From NCBI GenBank assembly GCA_051362555.1, contig CM120640.1, positions 32,197,967 to 32,261,966 of the forward strand: a stretch of 64,000 nt of DNA, written 5' to 3'. Position 1 is the first letter of the stretch. Every line of letters begins with the position of its first letter. The notes beneath the pieces are model-generated. The model did no database searches. It saw only the letters and a program-made list of their open reading frames with translations, and was not told where the DNA came from. Position numbers and translations under genes: made by a program. Of the stretch, positions 54,527 through 64,000 are shown in pieces. This DNA comes from Lingula anatina (Eukaryota > Animalia > Brachiopoda).

Positions 54527-55831
54527 ATTCTCAGTACTATAATGTTGTACTTCTATTCAAAGAATGTACACTTGAACAATTTGTCACATTCTGCCTACAT
54601 ACCAAAAAGTGTTATAGTACTTTGTGTACAACAGATATCTACACGTAGGAGGAGAGATGTTTAGTAGCATGATACGCTACGTACACCGGTAAACTTGTCA
54701 AGGTATGTAATAACTGAAAACAAAACTTATACATCTGACCATATCCCAGTAGTGTTTAGAAAGATGTATGATCACCGTGTTGGGCCAGTCCACCCACTTC
54801 CATCCAGTACTGTCACTGCTGCCTTGTTGCCTCAATTAAGTAAATGGATAAAGTGTTCTATTCCTGTTTCAGGTATTACAAGCCCAAGACGAGATGTTGA
54901 TGCAGCACAGCAGTGAATGACAGGCATTAAAATCTCACCAATCATGTTGATTAATTCAGCTTCATCCTTAGTGGGTGCTAATGATACCATCCGAAAAAAC
55001 AGTCCAGACAACTAGTCCATTGCATTTTACGCCTTTTCAATATGCATTAAATTCTTACCAGTTACAGAACGAAGTCCAGGTGCTGAGAATTTTCAGGAAA
55101 AAAAAACAGGACTGTGTGTAGATATTAAAAAGCTATGCTGGACGATGAAAAGCTTCCTAATGAATAGATTTCTGGTTCATTACCGAAGGCAGCTGAAAAG
55201 TACCAATTTGCGAAGGAAACATGAAATACGTGTTTAATTCATACCGGCTGACATCCACTGAATATTTTTCCAAATATCATACAAAACTTACAGTATTTGC
55301 TTCCCCTCCAGGTTAGAAAACTATGAAATACTCCATTAAATGTTATTTAACCAAAAAATAATATTGATTGTTCTGCACTATGAATGAAAACAAACTCAAT
55401 CTATCTTATTTCAACCAATGGATTAAATTCATTATGCAAAATCTACTATTTTCTTTATCTTTTTCCACCTGACATTTAACTGTTTATTAAAAGCCTAAAG
55501 GTGTGAATGTATACATTCAACATGTTAAAGGAACTATTTTCATTACCTTCTGTGTAGTCAATAAGGTCAGACGTTGTTTCAAATTTCTTTACTACAGGTT
55601 ACTTCATAAACAAATAACTTCATATTGCTGACAATTAATACCTGTTGGTTTTCTTAATGTACAGCCAAATAGAATGAAAACCAATCTCTATTCAACTCTA
55701 AATTGGTACCTTGCCTGTTGAAAGGACCTCCTTATAGCGACAAAGCCTGTTTACCCCTTAGAGCCATGCCCCTGCAGCTTACACATCTACGCTACTTCTT
55801 TCTGCTTGCATCTTTTGAAGTCAATACATAC

Positions 55832-55924
55832 CCCGCTTCCAATTGGGGATAGCTCAATTTGAGCTGTGCTTCTAGCCTCCCTAGACGCACAACACTTTAA
55901 CACACTCTTACATCCTGCCAGCAT
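55832..55924 (-). CDS. weak candidate first exon MLAGCKSVLKCCASREARSTAQIELSPIGSG
   Basis: GC-raised open frame with a CC motif and donor GGG|GTATGT. It is phase 0, unlike the other candidates. Confidence 0.28.
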
Positions 55925-56197
55925 GAGATACAAGATTTTGTCATACATATTTATTTTTATCGAATTATATGTTCGAGTCGAAAATAGGATGTCAAAAACA
56001 TCTAAATGTCTTCTGCTGACACTGCTGTAATTGAGTATTGCAGTATCAATTTTTCATAACCTTGAGTCTCAAAGTCCAAATGAAATATTATTCAATTTTC
56101 ACCAAAGTCTGTGGCAAAAAAAAAAAAATGTGCCACTTAGTATACAGCATTAAGGCAACAAAATGTCATTTTGCACACACTCTGTGGTGAGACTTAA

Positions 56198-58645
56198 AGG
56201 ACAATGTTCATGTAAAAATCCATTTCTCGAATTTTGAAGATACAGCACTCAATCTATACACTAGATGTATGTTTTAATCGATCCCCGCCATTTAAAAATT
56301 ATAAAAACAATCTATTAGTAGAAAAAAAGCGTTTTTGTAAACCTCACCTCAATATGCAAAAATGAAGCAACAGATCTGGGTCACGTGGTACTGTGACGAC
56401 AATCACGATAAAGGTCTATGAGACCCAACTGAGCTGCATGGTGCTTACAGACGGAGAAGTTAAGGAAAGTTGTGTTGAACGGAGTTGAGGAATTTGCGTT
56501 ATGCCTCGGTGTGTTGCCGTGGGATTCACCAAAATTGCAGCTCTCGTTGACAATCTTTCTTTGTCTGTGAAGGTCTTCTGTGACTTACTTATTAACTTTG
56601 GTGACAATAGTTGCGATGCTCTAGATCATGGTCACCTCAGGTGGTTTAGATCATATCAAGAGCTGGTAGTCTTTCAGATTAACTGTCATCAGTTGGCAAA
56701 CTTACTGATTGCTGATGCATTTTAAATGCATTGTAGTTGACCAAAAGCTCATTTACAACAAACCTGTTAATTATGCACCGCTGCAATTCCCAAGCCAGGT
56801 AATAACAGGTATGAAACTCGTCTTGGTGGGCTTTCATATTTTTCAATATATCTCATTTATTTCATGGGGTTATTTTATTGGTATTTGTAAATGACGTTAA
56901 ATATCAATACTTAAACAATTAAGTTCAAACACGGTCGCGAACATTAATAAAAGAAATTGCTCTCAGGGTATCTTGAAGCTTCCGTGGAAGAAAACGTGTT
57001 GAGGAAAAACAGGAAAAAGAGCGTTATATTAAAGAAAAAATGGGAACTGCTATAATAAAATGGTTCGTTATCCTAATTCGTTTATGCTTTGAAGATTTGT
57101 TTCTGAAGATTATTTCATCTGAAATATTAAATAATTTAAAAGATTGATTATTTTATAACTTGAAACGCAAATTCTGCGTCAGTACGCAAATTTTTTTTTG
57201 CAAATTTGTAAGCTTATAACACCGTGCTATAAAGATCTACTCAAGAAAAAAATTTGCTTGGGTAAAATTGAGTACGGAATGAACTGGAGACACTTGGCTT
57301 GTCATTAAGTTTACACGAAAATATGTCAGGTAACTTTATACTGTCTTTGAAAGAGTAAAGATTGAAAGATAATTTTAGACAAACTTTGACGGGGGAAATA
57401 CCTACAAAGAGTAATGGGCTATTTCGCCAACATCTTGTTGAAAATTTTACACTGCAATTCTATTCAAATAAGCTAAGGAACTAATTGCCAAATTAATACT
57501 CTCATCACATAACAGGGGGGTAACCAGACCTGCAAAAATTGTACGCACATATTTAAAAAGATTACAAGCACATACAGCAAAATGTAGACTTACGCAAAAC
57601 ATGAAGGACAGCGTAATCACAGCAAATGTACCTCATATAGTAGCTTAATTTCCATTAATAATAAAATCATCATTTAAGTCAAAAATATTCTTGCAATTTA
57701 ATAACTATTTTAATTTACCCAGAACGGTATATTTATTTTAAAGGCGGTTAACTGAAATATAGTTTTATGATTTGTTTGTGAAAATTGCCCATGTCACCCT
57801 GTTAGTTTGGAGGTCTAAGCTGGATCAAGTCCGTGTTAAAATTCCTATGAAGTTGTGCAGGAAAAATTCTTCCTTTCTTTCTCTAGCTCCTCGATAAACC
57901 TGGTGTACAGATTTTATCTAGTACCCCCAGGTCTACGGGAGCTGCGCTTTGTAACTAAAGCACAGGTAGATTTTTACCTGAGATAACTGGAGTAAAGCTT
58001 AGATAGAGAGTGCGTTCGATACAAGCAAGACAAATTGAATGCCATTTAACCCTCTAATTAAGAGGTAAAGGAAGTTCCAGTTAGATGGATGATTAAGATA
58101 GGACTTGTAAAGGTAACGGGCATTGTTTACCTCAGTTTAATAAAAGTATGCAAGACGGAGTGTCAGCGGTTTAATAAAATTAATTGAATTTCACAAATAA
58201 CATGGACCTCATATGCAATAATCAACATTTCCCTTAACTCATTCAAATGGAGTGTTTTATACAACTTGGGATAACATAATGAAATGCTTGTTAAAGAAAT
58301 GACTAGACGGGAAATGGTTCACGAGGATTTAGACCCCTCGGGTAAGAGATTTGAATGAGTATAAACTTTTATCAGAAGCCAGAGAAGTCATCTTACAGGT
58401 AGACAATGCAGCTCAGTTTGACAGCTAAGCACGCTCTGTTCTCCAGTGGCTCGATTGTCGTCATTGGACCACGTGACCACGTAGCTCATTAACTCCCAGG
58501 CCGAGCAAATAGGACGTTTTTTAAAGCCAAAAATTTACAAAATGAGCTTTTAATTTGTGTATTTGGATAAAGATATCGTTAGTTGGGCATGTTTTCTGAA
58601 GAATATGTTCCGTTCAGGCCATTCTGACGGCATGAAGCAAACCCT
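56198..58645 (+). mobile_element. 2.45-kb internally deleted Kolobok-type DNA transposon
   Basis: TTAA TSD (56194-56197 / 58646-58649) and imperfect TIR AGGacaatgTTCATG...CATGAAgcaaaCCCT. Subterminal inverted blocks 56379-56404 vs 58453-58478 and 56427-56439 vs 58406-58418. CpG-richer than the flanks. Confidence 0.75.
56501..56530 (+). pseudogene. relic of a THAP-domain N-terminus (MPRCVAVG...)
   Basis: Matches the THAP start pattern M-P-x-C-x-A-x-G-C, with the second Cys lost, about 300 bp inside the left TIR. The rest of the 74-aa ORF is not THAP-like. Confidence 0.5.
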
Positions 58646-59329
58646 TTAATACTTTAATGTCTGCATTATCTACACCTGCTTCTAACAAATTCCTCAATGC
58701 CTTAGTTCTATTAACAATCATTCCCATCAGTTTTTTAAATCTGATAATATTGATAAAAGATTTAGGTTGTTAATTTCTAGCCTGATGTTTGCATTCCCCT
58801 GACAAGCCACCTCTGTGTTAGTTTGACCAATCACTCAAATTACTGATCAATATTGCATGGGTTAGGTAAATATGCCAGGTAAACACCAGTCGCATGCACT
58901 TACTGTTTTAATTACGGCAATCCTTTAAATGTTTTCAAATTTGGTTTAGATTGGTCAATAAATGTTTTTTGCAATACTATAATACAGCAACTGACATCAG
59001 CTGGCTTCCATTTCAACACTTGTAAAATTCATTGATTTTGTCAGTTTTTAATCGCATACAAGCTCTTTCAAGATGTTTTAACACAGCAAAGGCTCTAAAA
59101 AAGGCAAGTTAATCCCAAGCAAAGGGCATTAGCTGCACAGCTAGGCAACACAATCTGGAACTCACTGTAATTGCTGAGCTATACAATACATATCATTTAC
59201 AAAAAAAAAAACTTTTTTTGGAATTACAGTTGAATTAAATTGATAAGTTCAAATACATGCATTTCACTTTAAGAAAATTAATAAAAATTTTGTACCTAGT
59301 AAAAGTCAAAACACCTGATAGGAAGCAAC

Positions 59330-59360
<31 letters not shown>

Positions 59361-61837
59361 AAAAAAAAAATCAGAATTCAGGTATTTTGGGTTTTCCCAA
59401 AGTTAGACAGTTCCCTTTTATGACAAAGCAATGAATTGTACTATTTCCAAATTTACTGTTATCCTTATACTATAATACATTATCCTGCTTTGTTTAAAGT
59501 GAACCAATAGAGAACTTAAATAAATATGATAAGGTCAAGTGCTATGTTTGCATTGAATCTGGTTAATATATTCATTATTTATCAAATGTGTATTTATTGA
59601 GGGTAAAAGCATGGTAAATATAAAATTCATCTTCCCTATGGCCCTCATGTTGTGGAACCAGCACTCTATGCAAATATAAGTTAATAAAAAAAAATTACTA
59701 GAAATAGTCTGTACTGTACCAGTAGAGCCAAGTGCACAAAAGATGCCTCAGATGAGAAACACGCACATCTCAGCACAATGGATGTGCACCAACCTAAAAT
59801 ACCCCTGCCTGCACATGAGCAGCATTTACTGCATTTGTCAACACAAGGTAACAACAGAATTCCACAACTAAAATCTACATACAACAATAGATTTGTTTAA
59901 TGTGAACTGAACTATTATTATTACTGTTATTGTTACATTATCACAATAGTATGGTTCCTTGGTGTTTTCGGTTTGGAAGGTAGATTTGCTAAGGAACATT
60001 CGTGTGAATATTGTTATTCATTCCTTCTTTAAGGAGAGGTTTCCATGCCCTATATGCACCTTAAAGGATCCCCTGTTCTCAAAATAATCAGTATACTAGT
60101 AAATAAATATGCTGTTCACATAAACATTTTACATCCCATCTTGTAGAATAGTAATTAATCTAAGTCATCAGGAGTTTCTATATCTGAAAATTCCCTGATC
60201 TTATTAAAAAGCCATTAACCATCCTTGGTGTGTTGAAATAATCAAACTTTTGTAAGGGGAATTAACTATATATAAACTGCATGAAAAAAGATCACCAGAC
60301 ATCAAAGATGGCAAATATAGAGACAAATCAAAGATATTAAAAAAAAGAATGATGTCTAGACAGACTGGATGGTGAAATAAATTTAAATACTTTGTAAGTC
60401 TAGAAATTTTCACCTCAACAACAGGCAAATTTGACATAAAAGAGTGGTACAGTTTAACTGACTAAAAAATGCCTTCAAATACGACAAAATGACAAGTAAA
60501 ATTTGAAAAATTTAATCGAATCAGCAAGAACCCTAACAGACTTTAATTAAACCCATGTATGATTTAATATTTAGTACTTACCAGCAAATAATCAAAAAAC
60601 ACTTATGCTGCTCCTTTCTAATAAAATGAAATGGCCTGCTGCTTTGCAAATTACCTCAAAATATTGACTCAAATGTCTGAATATAAAAAGTTATAAGGAC
60701 AAAGGAAATGTGCACTAAAAGTAAAGGTTGAGAAAATCTACTTATGGTTTTCTGATCTATTTTAAAAACACAACACCACAAATACCACACTAAATTCTCA
60801 TTCATTTTTCACAGAACGGAACCACAAAATAACCTAGTAGGAATTCCCAAGAAAAAAAGCTTTTATTAACCTTTCCATGCCCCCTTTACCCCCACAAGTC
60901 CCCAGTATCTTTAAAGCCTTTATCTTGGCTCTGTCCTCCGTCAAATGAAAAAAATCTTCCACAATGTTGAATTCTCAGTAGAAGTGTTGTCTATATGCCA
61001 AAGAAACTGCCTACACAGATGATGCAGTAATGGAGTCTCAAGGGAGGTTGGAACCTCCTTGGGCTTTCTTGATTATATATCTTTTTTACATAATATCAAT
61101 ATTCCAAGAGCTGCTTTACTGAACATACTCAAGAAAACACAGATCTCATGATTCAGTGGAAACCAACAAAATTCAAAAAATCTCTTTAAACATGTTTGCA
61201 TACTAGTACATTGTTTTGAATGAATAAGATGAAAGTTGACATTCAAGTGGCAGTAGAAAAATATATGGGAAGTATAAATAAAATCCATTTCATGGATTAT
61301 TTTGCAGCTCTATCTAGCACCTTATACCTTTAAACTCAATTTACAATTTCTAAAAAACGACTTCTAGATGAGTTTATATGACATCCATCTATTTCAGTGC
61401 ATAAAGGTGCAAAGTAAAAATTTACTGGCTCATTATTTCTGGCTATTTACTCACAAATAAATCTTACTCAAATATCCTGGACAACATAATGCACTTAGAA
61501 CCATGACACCAAGAAACATGTTTATTGACTGAAATTGGCAAGAAATAAATATAAAGTAGAAGGGATTGCCTTTCACCAATCTCAGGATTTCTTTCTTTTT
61601 ATAGTCAAATGGACGTTGAAATATTGTGTGTCCATCAATTCCACAATTCAATATTGGTGCTATTTAAAGAAAAAACCCGTACTGATCAAGTGGGTTTGCA
61701 GTGATGTCTTGACAGACATAGCAGAAAATTAAAATAGTAGTCATGACAACTGCCATTTATAGATGAGGTTTTATACTAAAGCAAGCTAAGAACACAGTCG
61801 GGAGTCTAGCCAGGTAGTGCTAATTGCCACCACTGAC

Positions 61838-61997
61838 CAGCACTGGACACAGGTGAGGATGGATGGAAGCTTTTAATAGTAACAAAACTGGAGATGGTCA
61901 GGCTTCTGAAGCTCATGGTTGAATGCATGCTCTTAGCCTGGTGCTCATTAACTCTTTTTTTTTCCAGGTGATAACTGTGAAACATTTCTAAATACAT
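61838..61997 (-). CDS. weak candidate first exon MYLEMF...MSFRSLTISSFVTIKSFHPSSPVSSA(+1 nt)
   Basis: 53 codons + G, donor CTG|GTCAGT (phase 1). No similarity to the other exons. Confidence 0.25.
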
Positions 61998-62821
61998 TTA
62001 TTTTAATTGCATAAATCTACACTGTTTGAAATAGCTATTGTAGGTATTCACTGGGGCATTCAGTTCAGTGCTCACCAACAGCCCTTTGCACACACTGTCC
62101 AAATAATTATCCTAGACTAAAAATGTTTAAAACAGTAACAGAGCTCTAAAAAGGCAAGTCCAATTTTCAGCAATTCTGGACATAAACATCAAGTATACAC
62201 ACAGTCCCTAGCAATCTTTTAAAAACATTTATAGCGAACCGTAATAGGTGTTCCTCAGAAAATGCCATCAAAATATACACAACTGGTTGTGGATAAAAGC
62301 TGTACTTACATGAAAGCCAACTGTTTGTGCATATACAGGTGCCATGCAAACATAAACAGAAAGGAGTATGAAAACTATGAGCATGATTCTAGGTGTGATA
62401 CTAACACTGCCTTGCAATAATCAGAATACATGTTAAGAATTCATTACATTCAATCATATGTCCAGCTTGCAATATGGTAGACACTGGTCTGTATATAATT
62501 CCTTGTGGTCATGGGATGTCCTTCATAATCATATCCTACAACAATGTCGATGACCCTTACATGAAAAGTTACTGCTTTTCTTTTTTTGTACAAGTCAAGG
62601 CCTAACTGATTTTTGAGCCTAGAAAGTGACAAGTCCCTCAATCTTTGACTCAACTCTATGATGAATTTTCCAACTACTTAACACGTTGCAACTCATAATT
62701 ACCATTGCACCTCTCATATAGACAAAAAAACCAGTAGGAACAGGAAGGTATGATAATGAGTCCATCTTTTCAATGGTGAAAAATGATTAATCATTCAGAT
62801 ACATTACTTTGGAATCATTAA

Positions 62822-63157
62822 AGGGATAATAACTCTTCGTTTGGCCAAAAAATGAATTTTCCTGGAGTAAACAACAATTTTCCCATACTAACCAATGGTC
62901 AATGAATCCATTTTTACATTCAAAGTTAGTCCCTGGTTTTTTTCTAAAAAGTTTGGTTTTTTGTTAAAATCTCTTAAGAGATTTTAACAGAGTACAGCCA
63001 TCAATGGAAGTCACGTGATCTGAAGACACGCTCAGATCTCAGAATAATAGCTATAACTGCTGTTTTTGTGGTAAAACAGAATATATTATATTTCTATGAG
63101 TTGTTCACAATGTTTTTATTGTGAAATAAAGATATCATATGAAGAGTTATTATCCCT
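62822..63157. mobile_element. 336-bp Kolobok-type MITE
   Basis: Perfect 17-bp TIR AGGGATAATAACTCTTC...GAAGAGTTATTATCCCT with TTAA TSD on both sides and an internal GTCACGTGA motif. The AG terminus favours Kolobok over piggyBac. Confidence 0.85.
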
Positions 63158-63798
63158 TTAAAATTATATTCTGTATTGCACTTTTGATGCTTTTATTATA
63201 TAAAAACGGACTAAAGGGTATCCTGCTTTTCAATTTTGTTGCTCCAACTCAATAGCAATGTTCCAATCTTAAGAAATGATGACTTAAAAATAGTATTTGT
63301 AAAAATCAGAATTTCCCCCCACTGAAAAGATAGAGACATTACTGTATTTATGCATGAAATTCAGTGTGTGCCAATCACCACTGTAAGAAGACAATTATCT
63401 TTGTAACTAGCTTTCTTACATCTAAACCCAATATTCATCTTCTGGATTTCAGTGGGAAGACTCATGTCAGAACAACCTTCCTTATCAGATCTTAACCCAT
63501 TTCTGTACAATCCAATTTTAATCTTGAACGACAAAACCAAGATAAATTTTCCAGGAAAAAAAAGGAATAAAGGTCACATAACAAACATGCATAAAGCTTA
63601 ACCACAACTCACTTCAGGTTAAATATTACCACCAGGGCAGGTGGCCAGAAGCAATACCAAAGCACGTTATAATGATTAAGCAGTCAGTCTTCCATACTGC
63701 AGTTCACAGAATTTTATCTCATAACCATTTAAAATCAATGTACACACAGCCATGCCCCCAACATATGCACCTCAACACATGTACTTGAATGCACCCCA

Positions 63799-63846
63799 TG
63801 CACGCACACACACACATGCACATACACACATGCGCACACACACACA
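63799..63846. repeat. imperfect (CA)n microsatellite
   Basis: Directly visible. Another (CA)n tract lies at 54259-54281. Confidence 0.85.
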
Positions 63847-64000
63847 AAATGATGCACTGCAAATCTAATGTGCTGCAACTGAAAAATGAAACTATCTTTC
63901 TTTTCTCTATCTTATTCCAGCAATTTTGCAGAATATTTAGGTGGGACTCGTAAAACACTTTAGAGATGGGGGAGGGCAGTTATTAGGAAACATTCCAAAA

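Noticed and set aside
60580-60617. 36-nt minus-strand exon-like segment with good acceptor and GTAAGT donor
   Set aside because: It has stop codons in phase 0 and phase 1, so it is at best non-coding.

Overview
AT-rich (roughly one-third GC by eye), gene-poor animal DNA, most likely an invertebrate such as a mollusc (inferred from the repeat types). None of the ORF-track proteins is a convincing complete gene. The window reads best as the long 5' region of a single minus-strand gene whose shared exons lie to the left of position 1. About 8 plausible and several weaker short ATG-starting exons are spread over ~55 kb. Almost all end in G|GT in the same intron phase (phase 1). They encode different N-terminal peptides: two related M[AS]MIGNVA basic helices, a similar MSVVNVV...KRSKKK peptide, an MG (myristoylation-type) peptide, Cys-rich (palmitoylation-type) peptides and a short acidic peptide. 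This alternative-first-exon array resembles KChIP/KCNIP genes, but the gene cannot be identified from this window. The introns carry non-autonomous DNA transposons: hAT-like elements with 5-bp and 6-bp target duplications, two PIF/Harbinger-type MITEs, two Kolobok-type elements (one with a THAP start relic), and a Helentron-associated (HINE/DINE-1-like) element with an internal ~145-bp tandem array. Microsatellites and short tandem duplications are also present.
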